DNA of 64,000 nucleotides from Euprymna scolopes (GCA_053919585.1 CM132799.1); one strand, 5' to 3'; positions 1 through 13,795 are shown, counted from the stretch's first letter. Translations and numbers: made by a program. The notes: generated from the letters alone by a model not told the origin.

Positions 1-1757
1 TTCCCTCCTTGCAAAAAGTTCCAGATCGTCCATGTACATCAGGTGGTTCATTTTTTCCTTTATGTTGGAGAACTTTATCCGACTTGGCCCTTTCTCAGAA
101 TACTGTTAAAGGGCATCATGGCTATGCTGAACAGTAGTGGTGATAGTGAGTCTCCTTGGAAGATGCCTCTTTGTATGTCAATTTCTGTCATGTGTTGTCC
201 ATCAGCTGTCAATTCCAGTCTCCACGTTTTCATTGCATTTTCTATTACGTTGGTGATCCTGCTTAGTATTTTATACATTGTAAGGCACTCTATTATACAT
301 GCTTGGGGGATCCTGTCGTACGCTTTTTTGTAGGCGATCCATTCCATGGCTAAATTTTTCTCCTCATTTTTACCTCCTTTAGGATCTTTTGATCTAGATA
401 TAACAGGTCACGTGTTCCTTTTTTTCTTATTTCGCATCCTTTCTGCTCCTCGCGGATGAATCCACGGGTATTCAGGGATTGGAAGACTTGTCCCCTCAGT
501 TGTGCTGTCAGAATATTTCACATATTTGGTAAGCACGTTATTTGCATATCGTTGCTAGGAACGGTTCCTTTCTCCGTGCCCTTCTGTAGCGGTGGTTCTA
601 CCATTCGTCATCCAGTCTGGTATACTTGCTTCCTGTATACATCTTCGCAGGTTCAGAGCGAGCCTTTCGAATGAGGTTGTGATTTTTTGGAACCAGCATG
701 CATGTATCCTGTCGTGCCCTGGTGCTCTCCAGTTTGCCATTTTTCCTATCGTTTCATTAGGGTTTCTTTGTTGATTTCATTCACTGTTTCTTCTTCTATT
801 TGTTATAACTCTTCTTTCATGTCTTTCACCCGCTCGGCATTTCTATTGTGATGTCGTCGATCATCCAATATTTTACTCCAGTAGAGTTTTGTTTCTGTCG
901 GATTTAGTTGTTCTGTTTTTGTTTTTCCTCCGTTCAAATTTTGGTAGAATTGCCGTCTATTAGTTTCAAATGTTCTGTTTTGTTTGCATTGTTCAGATTT
1001 ATATCTATATCGTCTCAATCTCGCTTTTTTTGCTTTCATTTTTTGGTCCAGTTTTCATGTTTCTTGTTTAGCCTCTCCCTGTCAGTTACATTTCCAATAT
1101 GCCGTTTTCTCCACATTGTTTTTTCTTGGTGATCATTTTGGTTTCTTTTTTATGTTTGTGTATTTGAGTTTCTAGTCTTATTCCCCATCCTGGTTTTGTC
1201 GGTCCGCTTGTCCCCGGTCGTTTTTCTGATTTGAGTTTCATACTTACCATTTTGGCGCTTACGTAAATCAGTTTGTTTAGGTCTGTTATTGTATTTGTTG
1301 GTATATGTGGGAGGAGTTTGTTAATATTCTTTGTTCCTTTTTTTAATTTCTACTGCTCTTGGTTCCTTAAGGATGGGAGCTTTTTTCTTCTTCGTTCATC
1401 AGCTGTATTATTTCTATTATTCTATTTGCTTCATCCTCTGTTAGTTCTGTTTAACTGTACTCGGTTTCCACGTTTGCGACGCTTCAAATTGTGGGGTTGC
1501 CTACATGCGGTTCCGTTGGGAGATGCTTCTTGTTCAGTTTCTTAATTCATTTTTTGCTGAATTTCTGTTAGTTCTAGTTTAGAGAGCTAACATTTCTTGA
1601 GTATCAGTCTTGCTTGGTCCGCGATCCTTTGTTCTGTCGCATGCTTGTAATTTTATAGGTCCCATGGTTCTTTCTTTCGTTTCCGATAACCTCCATATCA
1701 ATATTTAGGATGACTTCTATAGTAGCATTTCATTACGAGTCTATTCTCTTTAGTTGT
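1..1757 (-). mobile_element. Decayed R4/Dong-clade (RLE-type) non-LTR retrotransposon; N-terminal region plus RT, continues off the window
   Basis: Frameshifted minus-strand ORF pieces: KENRLVMKCYYRS...EQRIADQAR (N-terminal), NWRAPGHDRIHACWFQK, WIAYKKAYDRIP, IQRGIFQGDSLSPLLF, and NHLMYMDDLELF (catalytic YMDD) at 1-50. The 5' side ends in an N-gap. Confidence 0.9.
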
Positions 1758-3185
1758 NNNNNNNNNNNNNNNNNNNNNNNNNNNNNNNNNNNNNNNNNNN
1801 NNNNNNNNNNNNNNNNNNNNNNNNNNNNNNNNNNNNNNNNNNNNNNNNNNNNNNNNNNNNNNNNNNNNNNNNNNNNNNNNNNNNNNNNNNNNNNNNNNNN
1901 NNNNNNNNNNNNNNTTGAACACAGAGGTTTTACCAGTGATAGCTTTCTGATAACAATAGCAAATTTGGGTTTCAGTAATATTTGCAGCTCCATACATATA
2001 TTTCAAGCACTATGCGTCTTATTCCATTCTAAAGAGTTCGTTATCTTACTACCTTTCGTTATCATGTGTTTGTTTTGCTACTAACGGTTGAGGATCTCAC
2101 CCGGAATGGTAATAGACGTTAAGATATTTTTATACTTTCTAGCATTTTATAGTACCAGGTTGGGGATAGTAAATTCCTTCTACCTTTTTCTACTCCCGGA
2201 TATATTTCGCAGATATAGTTTATCGCAGGTAAATTGTATTTTTCTTACATCTACTTGTCAGACATTACTCATGGTAGTTACATTATTGTTGTTTTTTCTT
2301 ATATGTTAGATATTTTTTCTTACATAAGTTAGTTATTAGAAAACATAGTTGCCTACGGAAAAGAACATCGATGTTTTTTCAATATAAAATTAATATCTTT
2401 ATAGGGCAGTAGAATGTATACTAGACACTCCCATAGGGTGCCAAAGGTCTATCTGTAGAAGTGATTGTCTGCATGAAGATACTTTATCATACAAGTAAAC
2501 CTTGACTAAAAGGACAAAATATTATTCCTCCGAGTATATATACTCTACACTAAATCATAAGATCAATTGCTCACATTCTCAATATAGTGTGAGCCATAGC
2601 AAAAACACTAAGCATGATACTCTACCAGACTACAGTAATACATGTAATAAAATCAGGTAAACGAGGAGGCCAAACGAATCATATGCTATAACGTTGTTAT
2701 CTAGTCAATAAACGAGCAAAACATTACTATTCCTAAAATGTTTATTAACTCAAGTTTTGGGAGATAAAAATAGTTGTAATGAAATATACGAATACCTACG
2801 AACCTCGTATAGCAATGTGAAAAAAATACGACAGTTTCTAATGTAAAAAAACGTAAACAAGTCTACGACGAGGACAGTTAATTGCATTATATGATAGAAT
2901 CCATAGAAACTATTAATTAATCTGTCATCGGGTTCATTTAGCGAGACATTTTGCATAGTAATGCTGGAATTTAAACTTAATCTGCAATGGAGATAAAAAA
3001 AATACTTTCTTGAACTCCATCAATTCTTAATAAAATATCTCTTTACAGTTAAGGAAACGTCGTATTCTTGTTCAGTTAACGTCGTATTACTGAAAATATG
3101 CAGCGCGTTTAAATAAAATATTCAAAAATGAATACGTCTCTCTATTCTACCTCTTTCTCTTCTTCCTTTTCTCTCTCTCTCTTTA

Positions 3186-3242
<57 letters not shown>

Positions 3243-3599
3243 CTTACTTGTTCTCATGCATAGTGGGTTGAACTACAAGCTCTCGTCAATAAAGGCACAT
3301 ATTCTATGTTATATGCAATATTGAGTTTCGTATGTACACGTGACAATGCCCGTTATTAACGAAATGAAGCAATGTACTTAATGTAATGAATCAATGAAGC
3401 AATGTTGTGTATACTAGTTTCACATAAAAGCAAACTTTCCTAATTAGATATCAAGCTCTGCAAAGTTGGAACGTTGATCCCTGGTTTTATAGAAGTAACC
3501 TTGTAGTGAGTGGTTACGTTGGAATTTGGGTTTCTGCGTGTTCTCTTGTTTTCTCTGTAGTACTTGTTCTTATTTAAGTTGGAGCCATCTGAAATATGT

Positions 3600-4170
3600 C
3601 GACATATTTATTTAATGTATGGCTGAAGGAAAGCGCAACTGAAGAATTAATAATGCGAAATAGAAAGTGTAATCCGAATACATTTGTAGATCAATTAAAA
3701 GCATTTATTGCGTATTCCAGAATTGATTCCCATTATAGCAATGCAGCGGCATTAGCATTATGAGCATATACACAATTATAACTTTAATTTAAAAAAAGTG
3801 TTGACAAATTTCAATTTGATTACCTCCACTATTTAATCATACATTCTCTTCTGTGAAACTTGTATTATGTCTTCAACCGTTCACAATTTATTATAAGAAC
3901 ATTAAATGCGACCTTTTTCAAAAATATAACCATTTTAACATTCATAGCTTCAGCTGCGTTTATTTTTTTAGTACATTTCTTTATAGTAAAAGTCTTCGCA
4001 ACTTCCTGTGCAATCTCATTTTGTCTACATAGTCGTATCAATTGACATTCAACATTGAAGTTTCTTTTTTTTATGTGAAGTATTATTGACACTAACGTTT
4101 ACAACACTTTTTGCTACGATATCTGCAGATAATTTCCCTAGTTAATTAACTTTTGAGCTCCTTATCTTGA
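3600..4170 (-). mobile_element. Possible highly decayed hAT transposase C-terminus
   Basis: Minus-strand IINSSVALSFSHTLNK near 3610-3660 resembles the hAT dimerisation motif (PVTNAS.ERSFS.L..IK). A 75-aa open stretch lies upstream. No TIRs were seen. Confidence 0.25.
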
Positions 4171-4542
4171 CATTTGTAAAACAATCTAATTAACAATTAT
4201 ATAATTATGTTATTTCAACGAAAGTAATAAATAATGTATTAAGCGAAACATAATATAAAAGTAATAATACATTGCACCATCTTTATGCGTAGTATAAGAA
4301 TGTACTTAGCTATATTTTCTCACCACAAAAGGAAATGTATTATAAACGTTCATTTGTAAGGAGAAAATTCGAACTACACAATATGAAGGTTTACAATATT
4401 CTTTATAGAACATGTGAAGATAATATTCCAGGCTGTTATGTGTAGTCATATTCTGAAACAACCTACTGGCATTGATTTACTATATTACTCAATATGAAGG
4501 TAAATAAGAATCTCTTGTATAAAGAATTATTTAGTAAATAAC

Positions 4543-4595
<53 letters not shown>

Positions 4596-4644
4596 TCATA
4601 TGTAGCAAATAGGGTGAATAGCGTTATATATATTTGCTAATATT

Positions 4645-4692
4645 TCTCCTCTGAAGAGATGGTAGGCATCGAAACCCTATAGGATAAGGAGA
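4645..4692 (+). ncRNA. Minimal type-I hammerhead ribozyme (PLE pseudo-LTR type)
   Basis: TCTCCT-CTGAAGA-GATG(GTAGG)CATC-GAAA-C-CCTATAGG-ATA-AGGAGA: 6-bp stem I, CUGANGA and GAAA core, 4-bp stem II, palindromic stem III and an AUA triplet. There is one C.A mismatch at 15.2-16.2. Confidence 0.7.
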
Positions 4693-6068
4693 TATAATTT
4701 CGAAGTATTCTTTGTCTTACCTGGAATAATAAAAAAAATCCTTGATTTGAATGAAGGTTTTGTTAATTTCNNNNNNNNNNNNNNNNNNNNNNNNNNNNNN
4801 NNNNNNNNNNNNNNNNNNNNNNNNNNNNNNNNNNNNNNNNNNNNNNNNNNNNNNNNNNNNNNNNNNNNNNNNNNNNNNNNNNNNNNNNNNNNNNNNNNNN
4901 NNNGTTTTGTAGCAAACAATGTAAGCAGAACCAATGATCATCGTAAAAATCTCAGAAAATGTTTTATTATAAATTATATATTTACCTTCGTAATGTGTCG
5001 AAGCAGGATATTATCGTTGATGTTGTGTACGTCGCAACTTCATATATCTGTTGTGTTAGACTCTCATGGAAATTTAAAAAGTTATTTATAAAATCTTATA
5101 TTGCATTTTAGTCTGATATTATTAAATTAATCTCAGTATGCTTTACGGTTAAATATATATTAGTATGTCTTATTTTATCACATTTGGCACAAATGATCTA
5201 ATATAATGTAATTGCTTTATTTTTTGTTTATTATCTTAATATAATCTCAGCACATGCACGCCGACATTAGCAGAAAGGAACCGCTGTGTGAATCCACGCT
5301 TCGAACAGTAACAGGTTCAATTTACCTGATAAGGTTCATGGATTTGTTTTAGTGCCCTCATAAGTTAAATACGATAATAACAACGGATATCGTGTTTTTC
5401 GTTCGTTGTACATAAGAAACATCCAAGCGTACAAAAATTTGAATCGTATAATTACAATACTATGTCGATATCAACCAAAATAAGTTAGTAACATTTACGT
5501 AATGTGATCAGTTGTTTGGAAAAAAACCCGTCTAGAAACAATATTCTGTAACGGTATTTTATATGTTCGAAAACTACATTAACACTATTAGACCCATTTA
5601 TCGGTAATAACACGTATGATCTACAACGAGAATATTAGTTAATCTTACTAATTAAAAAAGCTAGCTATTTTTAAGAGGATTCATGCGAAAGTTATTTGAA
5701 AATTATTTAATTACGTGGCATCAGTCTAGATAATAAATGATATAATATTTGGCATTACCAGCCAACTAAGAATTATTGTAGTTTCGAATTAAACCTACGT
5801 TACAATAGAGGCTAACATTGTCTTTTATCTTGTATGAAAGCTAGCTTTATCTGAGCAAATCTTTTCTTCATAAACTGACACACATTAAATATTAATAATA
5901 CCAATAAAGATTTTGTCGCTACCGGTAAATTATAAAGTGACATCTGCGAAAAAGGGCAAAAGGTTTTAATAATGACGCCTTTTGATGTGTATTTAGGTCG
6001 GGCCATGATTAAACATTTAAACACAGTATTGCACACACAGACGCACACAAAAAAAAACATAATATATA

Positions 6069-6114
<46 letters not shown>

Positions 6115-6569
6115 AAGAGAAAGAGAAAAAGAGGGGGAGGGATAGTAGCTAGATATATTGCGTACACGATACATCAATTTTTATGGAATATTACATGAAC
6201 GCTCTAAATGCTAGTTATTAGTTTTATCTCATTATTAATTTATTTCGACACGGAAACGTTTTATGAAACAAAGATAACTACTCAAGGTAAAGCGTTTGAC
6301 TGATATAATTCAATTAGATCACTGTTTATGAATTTATCAAAAAGGGTCAAGAAGGAATAAATAGATGGAAAGAAAAGTAGAGAAATATAGAGAGTAAGAA
6401 GGAGCAATAACAAAAGAAAAGAATAGAAAACTGAAGATGGTTGGAAAAGGAAAAAGTAAACCTAATCGAAGCTATTAGGTGAATATGTATACGTTTTAAA
6501 TTAATAGTTGAAAAGACAATTGAAAAATAATATATAGATTATGAGATAGATTGATTATTATATTTAAAG

Positions 6570-6633
6570 ATAGCGTGTATATGATCCAGAATGTAATGAT
6601 AATAGCGTGTATATGATCCAGAATGTAATGATA
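6570..6633. repeat. Perfect 32-bp tandem duplication
   Basis: ATAGCGTGTATATGATCCAGAATGTAATGATA occurs twice in tandem. Confidence 0.9.
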
Positions 6634-7000
6634 ATAGGTAGATAGATATATAAATTAATTGATATTAGCAGGATTAAGTGAAATATAGAAAATAAAAGAG
6701 ATAAATGCTTTTCAACGTAAGGTATATATAAATTGTTAATTAGATATGTAAATATGAAAAAAAAACATTTGTTTATATTAATATAGAGTATTAACTTAAT
6801 AGGGATAGATTGGGGGTATTTGAGCTAGAAAACATTGATAGACAAATTTAAAGTTAGAATGATATAAAACATATCTCCTATATTGTCTTAGATAAATATC
6901 GAGCTTTTACATCTGGGTGAAATAACTTTATAAATATTAATTTTAATATTTATAATATAGTTTAATTTTAATATCCTGGATCATTTTGGTAATTTTATGT

Positions 7001-7088
<88 letters not shown>

Positions 7089-7725
7089 TAAACTCATTTT
7101 CCCTTACGCATAATATGATTAAAGATCAGGAAATTTAATATGCATTAACTGCAGCACAATATCTGAGCTGTGTTATAAGAATATTACCTCTCCACTTCCT
7201 CGAAAATCGTAGATCCCTATATTTTTGCTATGCTTAGACTTTACTACCACAATCCGTTAAAATCAATGGAAGTAGTAAAATTTTTTCTCTCAGATTAATT
7301 CTTCCTTCCCTCCCCACGAGTTACACCGCTTCCGGAGTCGTTCACCAGGGAGACATACGACGAAACATCGATTTGGGTGTTCTGTACTTCGTAGTTGCTT
7401 AAAAAAATTGAATGGAATTTTAAGGTTCCTTTTCGTTCTATGCTTTCTGATAGGTGAAACGCACCATATAATTAACCGCGTCGAAGGGTTATTTATGACA
7501 TATTTTTGCCTTTTCGCTGTGTGTTTTTTTTTAGATTTTGTTCTTCCGAACACGTTCATCTTTTCTTCCCTTATGTTTACTTTTTGTTTTGACGGTTTCT
7601 TTTAAAAGAAGTTTTGCATTTGTCTGCTGTTGTTTTTTGTTTCCGTTTCTCCGACATTTTCATCAAGTTTAACATCGTTTTTTTTATTAATATTTATACA
7701 TGGTTATAAATGTGCTTATTCTTTA

Positions 7726-8863
7726 TTTTTTTACATAGGCGGCACCACTTATCAGGGCCGATAGGCCACTAAATGATAAAGTAATGGTAGCTCGGTAAAT
7801 TTGTCAACTGAAGTGGAACGGCTCATCAGAAACTTGTTCACGTTGGACTTGAAGACAACCATATTATAGACAGCTGGAAAGCATGAAAACGGAACACAAT
7901 TCCACAGGCGTGCAGTTCTCAGAAAGAAGCTTTGATCATGGAATCTATGTTTTGGTTTAGGCACAGATAAAGAGTGTGGAAAATTATTGATAATGTTTTC
8001 AACTAGTGTTTCTTGTGAAAGTTTGGCGAGGGGGGACCATACATTGAAGCTCAGTCGAACACTTTCCATGAAAATAACGATAAAGCAGAGACAAACTCGC
8101 AGCATCTCTTCTGTGAGATAGAGGTTGCAGCGAAGAGAAAAGGACATCTCCCACCAGGCCACAAAGTCTATTTTGAACCCTATCAAGGCAGGACGAGTTT
8201 TTTCTAGCAGCTCCTGCCGATATGTGGCAAGAGTATTCCATCCTTGGACGTACCTGGCTCTTATATAGATAGATAATTGGATCAGCAGTGAGATATCTAT
8301 TGAATCGATAGAAGGATCCGACTATTTTCCTAGCGGCCTTGGCAACAGATTTGATGAACGGATTTAAGATCCATTAAAAGTAACCAGCCACTCCTTTCCC
8401 CATTGTACAACGTGATCAAGATCAGAGGAGAGTGAATCAGAGAGAACCTGGTCGTTTACTGTCGTAGATGTGCTACAATAGATGGTAGTGTCGTCAGCAA
8501 AAAAGTCTACAAATGATGTAAGGATGTGATTTGGAAGATCATTAATGTAGATCAGGAAAAAGTGTGGCCCAGGATGGACCCCTAAGGGACTCCAGCATTT
8601 ATACTGTGAGCTTCTGATTTTTGCCCATCAAGTACTACTCTTATGAACCTATCAGAGAGAAATGATTTAATAATTGAGAAGACATTTCCAGCTATACCAT
8701 AGCTGGAGATCTTGTGATGTAAACCTTCATGCCATACCCTATCAAAGGCATTTGACATGTCAAAAGCAATTGCCCTATAAAGGTTGCCTCTCTCGAGAGA
8801 TTCGCTAATCCTATGAGATATAACTGTATGCACATCTGCTGTAGATCTAGCAGAACGGAATCC
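7726..8863 (-). mobile_element. 5'-truncated CR1/Jockey-group LINE (RT C-terminal half, 3' end, poly-A)
   Basis: GFRSARSTAD, AFDMSNAFDRVWHEGL, SINAGVP, FLIYINDLP, FADDTT, LQPLSHRRDAASLSLLYRYFHGKCS and FFLRTARLWN. A T-run at 7726-7732 is the minus-strand poly-A. There are frameshifts and an internal deletion near 8370. Confidence 0.9.
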
Positions 8864-8914
8864 CGTCCCTTACACACACCTCCAAACAACCGGGCAACGC
8901 CCGGTGCGCCCGCT

Positions 8915-8918
<4 letters not shown>
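8864..8918 (+). mobile_element. Helitron-like 3' terminal hairpin fragment
   Basis: Perfect hairpin CCGGG-CAACG-CCCGG (8890-8904) followed by a degenerate end and (AT)n. The same motif family occurs at 21201 and 63422. Confidence 0.5.
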
Positions 8919-8956
<38 letters not shown>

Positions 8957-9914
8957 GAAAGACTATAACTGTGTTAGTTTGCTCATTTAATATTTCGTAA
9001 AAGCTGGGTCCCTGTTGAGATAAGTACCCTTCTTTTACTCCTATTTAAAAATGTGATTTTGTTTTTTAGGCATCTACATGTGAATTTTCCCAAAATATTT
9101 TATAATTTAAAGTGGGTGATCATTTTTCTACAAATATTTATTAAAATTATTTCTTCTGTTCTATGGTATTACAACGTTTGGGGAGGATTAAATAATCTTT
9201 AATGGCTAGACACCTTTAGTCTGACTCGCAATGTAATAAACCCACACGAACTTAAAAAAAAATAAAATAAAGCATACTTAATTTATCTCTAAAAACAAAA
9301 ATAAAACATGCTTAGCAGTCTTGACCCTAAGATGTAAAAAAAACCTTGGAAATAAAAGTGTAACTTTATATTAAAGGGAGCAGCACTTCTCCTGGCCAAC
9401 ATCGTTCACAATCTATTATATTTTTGTCTGGTTCGAATATTAAGAAAAAAGAAAAAAATACGATCTGAATATTTAGAAATTTTACAATAACTTTTATGGT
9501 TACGTCTATTATTTTTTTGACTTTTCAAATTAAAACTAAATTTAAAGCATAATACCTGTTCTTATATCATATTTTATATTTTCTGTCATAAACAAAATTC
9601 CTTAAAGACTTATTGATTTAAAAAGTTTGCCGAAATCCAGAATGTTCCTTTGTAAAAGTAGCAGGGGTTTCAGTACATAAAAACTGACGCTGTGTCTAAT
9701 TTAGCTATCGTATGAAAGCAAACAATTTTTTCCATATGTAAAAGGAAAATCTGTTTCTGCTTTTAATGTTTGCATGAAAATGTACGCAATTAACTTTTCT
9801 GAGGTGTTGATATATGTTGCGCCTTAAAAGAGTTGATTCGCGCTGACAAGTAAATCCAAAATTAATTAATTAATATTAATTAAATAAAAAAGAAAAATAA
9901 GAAAAATCTAAATG

Positions 9915-10960
9915 ATGGCAGATGAGAAATAGAGTGTTGGTTATGTAAACGCTCGGTTTAGGATGCATTAAAATAAACCAGCCACTAATTTCCCATTGCC
10001 CTACGTGTTACAAAACAGAGCAGAGAGAAATAAAGAGAACCTTGTCATTTACGGCGTTTGGCTTGCTGTCATGGATAGTAATGTCCTCAAAATAAATGTA
10101 TACAAATTATTTTAGGGTGTGATTTGAGGTAGATCAGCAAGAGAGAGATTAAGAGAGAGAGAGAGAGAAAAAAAGAAAGAAAGAAAGAAAGAGAGAGAGT
10201 TGAGCCCAAGATTTAACCCTGAAGGATTCATTCATTAATGATGTGAGCTTCTTTTTCTGCCCATCAATCGCTACGGATACGATCTTTAGCATAGACAACT
10301 GGTTTAATAATTGTGAGGATATTTCCAATTATACCGTAGATAGCGAGTAGATCTTGTTTATACCCTATCAATAGCCTTGGATTTCTTTTAAAAACAATTG
10401 CACTAATATCCGTCGGGAGGTTACCCTATTGGATATAAATATTAGCACATGTGCTGTTTATCTTACAGAATAGAACCATATTGCATAAACTTAGGAGGTG
10501 ATTTTTACTGAGGTGGTTTACTACTTTACTAATTGAAACCTATTTTACCAACTTACTCAGTAAGCACAGAATACTTCTTGAGCCGAACTGAAAGGGAGAT
10601 ACCTTATCACCTGAGCTGTAAAATACGAGACATTCTTATAGGGGTTTCAAGCATGTTTGAATGCAGTTCTCTTTCATATAGGTGTATGTCATATAGCGTG
10701 TTTTCGGACAGGAGAAAATACGGAGAGTTGGCCGCCTTGGTCGTGTAATAGAGGAATAGCTGCAAAGTATATGGCAAAGAGTTGTACTTGTCCAATGCTG
10801 AGTAGATTACATGACATCTATTGATGATCGTTGAGATGGGGCATACACGTATGTTTAGACCGCTCTTTGTCATTTGCTAAAACTGGTGGAAACCAAGTCG
10901 CTGCCTCGCGAGTTTTGACTTAAGCGTATTACTCCTTAAGATCAAGGAGGGTTAGGCCTC
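9915..10960 (-). mobile_element. Older, more decayed copy of the same CR1/Jockey-group LINE
   Basis: Aligns by eye with 8370-8860 (e.g. TGTGAGCTTCT..TTT.TGCCCATCAA, AACCAGCCACT, GAGAACCT.GTC.TTTAC) and extends further 5'. It is interrupted by a GA-rich microsatellite at about 10140-10200. Confidence 0.75.
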
Positions 10961-10964
10961 TAGG

Positions 10965-11665
10965 AAAACAACTGAGTTGCTCCAAGATTGCATACGTAAA
11001 CTTTACTAACTGAATTATTGGGAATCCGAAAAAAAAACTTTAAACAAAGTTCCATTTTGTTTCATTATACATGTGCCATGTTATTCAGCTTAGTGTCTTT
11101 CTATAACAATTGATTCCATCACCGCACCACCACAATAGAAATGCTATAAAAATATATTCATGGAATTTATTGTTATCGATTTGCGTTTGGTGCTTCACTT
11201 GCTATTTAAAAAACAATAAATAATTAAACGCATTCTCCAATTTAGAAACAATGTCCATGTACTCATCTTAAATAAAAAAAAGAAAAAACTAACACCGACG
11301 TTATTATTTTAGTCAACTTTTCAGAAAGTCATACTAGCACAGCCTAGCGACGAATATGTAAGCAAAAGGTGTAGATAATTCTCATTAAAATAAATCGGGG
11401 TTTACACAAGGAAATCAGCCGAGTTGTTAAAAAATACGCAAACTTTGCCAAATTAATTATTGGTAAGCCCAATTTTTGTATAATCCCTATTTATTTCAGT
11501 TACATATGTATAAATATATTTAGCTAACTGTTTTTATATTACACTGCCCCCCTCACTTTCACTTAAAATACTGTTAACATGTATTATTGGAATTTATTTA
11601 TGTCAATTTTCGTTTTGCTAGTCGCTAAAAATAAATGCATACTTCAATTTTTATCAACATTAATG

Positions 11666-11732
<67 letters not shown>

Positions 11733-13795
11733 TAATTTATTTACCGAACTGGTTTTTAATTGAATAACCCTCTCATCCCTACCTCTTCACACCACCACAG
11801 ATAAATATTTATTACTGGAAATTATGGTTGCCAATTTGAGTTTTGTGATTCGACATTTCAAATACCCATACTAATATAGCGCCGCCTAACGTCGAATATG
11901 TAAGCAAAAGGCGTGCAAGCTTCTCATTCAAATCAAGTCGGGAAGAACTCCAAATACACAGCCGAATTTTTGCAAGCATTAAATACGTATATACTGCCAA
12001 CCGAGTTATTGGTAAGCTTGAAAACACAATTTTCGTTTCTTTCTTTTTTTTTCAGTTATATATGTATTAATTTATTTATCAGGCTCTTTTATCAAACACT
12101 TGCCGTTTAACTCTTCACACCCATATAGAAAGCTATTACTAAACTCTATTATTTTAATTTGTTGTTGCTTTTGCTGATTCGATTGCTATTTAAAAAAAAT
12201 CGCACTTACTAATGTTAAGCTAATGTCTGTCCACACGATCTTTTTTCAAACAAAGAAAAACAAATGCTATTCTTTGTAGTCGGATTTGCACATAGCCATA
12301 CTGATAAAGTGCTTCCTAGCATTGAATGTGTTAGAACAAAAGGTAAACAATTTCTATCCAAATAAAGTCGGGAAGCAGTAATGTACAACAGCCGAGTTGA
12401 TCGAAGAATTTCATAGGCATACTTTGCCAAAGGGAGTTCTTTAATTCAGTAAGAAAGAGTGGAAGCTATCGCGATACTTCCTCTCTACATGTCAGTTGAA
12501 CTTATAATATGTATTATTATTGTTATCAATTGTTTAAACGTAAACTTTACTAGCTAAATTACTGGTAAGCCAAAAACAAATTTGTTCCTCTTTCTATCAG
12601 TTATATATGTATAAATCTATTTAGATAACTGTTATCGTATTACATATGACTCTCTCAACTCCCAATACTCCAAAGAAAACTGAGGTTAAAATTACTTATT
12701 GATTTTTTCATATTTTTTTTAAATTCGCTAGCTATTATCCTTAAACTAAACGCATTCTCCAATTATGTACCAATGTCCACGCGATTTTTGAAAACAAAAA
12801 GCCGGCGCTAATATTTTTAGTCGACTTTTCAAATGGTAATAATTATAATTCGCAACCTACCGTCGAATATGTAAAAACAAGGGGTAGAATATTGCCATTC
12901 AAATCATATCGGGAATAACTCTAGAACGCCAGCCGAGTTGCTCCAAAAATTGCATAGGTAAATATTTCCAATTGAATTTTTTCTAAGTGTTTTTAATGTG
13001 TTATATAGAAACATTCAGGTAAATATATAAATATATCTACCTAACTGTGTTTATATTAAACTTGCTTTATACACTCACCTCATGGCCAAAGAAAATTTTT
13101 GTTAAAAGTTATTATTGTAATACATTGTTTTGAATGTGCGTTTTCTGATTCGCTTGCTAGTTTCCGAAAAATAAGCACATTCTATAATTTTATGGCAATG
13201 TCTGTTAACATTTTCGTTTGCGTTGGTGTCCATCTAATCAGGTCGGAATAAATATATGCTCCAAGAATCACATGCATAAACTATGACAGTTGAATTAATG
13301 GTAAGTTGAATGTAGGTGTTTTTTTATTTCACTTATATATGTATAATTTTACTTGCCCAATGGCTTACTTTTTTCTCCCCCGTCACCTTCCAAAATAAAC
13401 TACGGTTAACATTTATTATAGGAAGTTCTGTTGTCCATTTGCGTGTTGTGATTTGTGTGCATGTGTCCTAAAAATAAACACATTTTATAATTGTGTACGA
13501 GTTTTTGTCAACGTTTTTTTTTTCAAAATAGACTACCGACACTATTCTTTTCGTTGATGTTTCCAATATTCATACTCATAAAACGCCGCTTAGCCTCGAA
13601 TATGTAAGTAAAAGCGATATGCAATTTCCATGCAAATCAAGTCCTGAAGAAGACTAGGACAACAGCTGAGTTTCTCCGAGACTTACATGAGTAAACTTTG
13701 TCAAAGAAGTTTTATACTTCAGTAAATAAGAGGCATACCTATCGTCATACTTACCTTTCAACATGTCAATTTAAGTCATAATCGAATTATTGTTA
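10965..13795. repeat. Degenerate tandem array (about 330-540-bp monomers) organised as two higher-order blocks
   Basis: Recurring motifs CGAATATGTAA, CAGCCGAGTT, GTAAACTTT and TGGTAAG...CAGTTATATATG near 10970, 11415, 11958, 12388, 12540, 12930, 13255 and 13662. A shared tail occurs at 12430-12525 and 13700-13795. Confidence 0.85.

Noticed and set aside
10965-13795. CRISPR-like array, or stop-codon reassignment in the repeat monomers
   Set aside because: The units are hundreds of bp and similar throughout, with no unique spacers, and the context is eukaryotic. The in-frame stops align with inconsistent residues.
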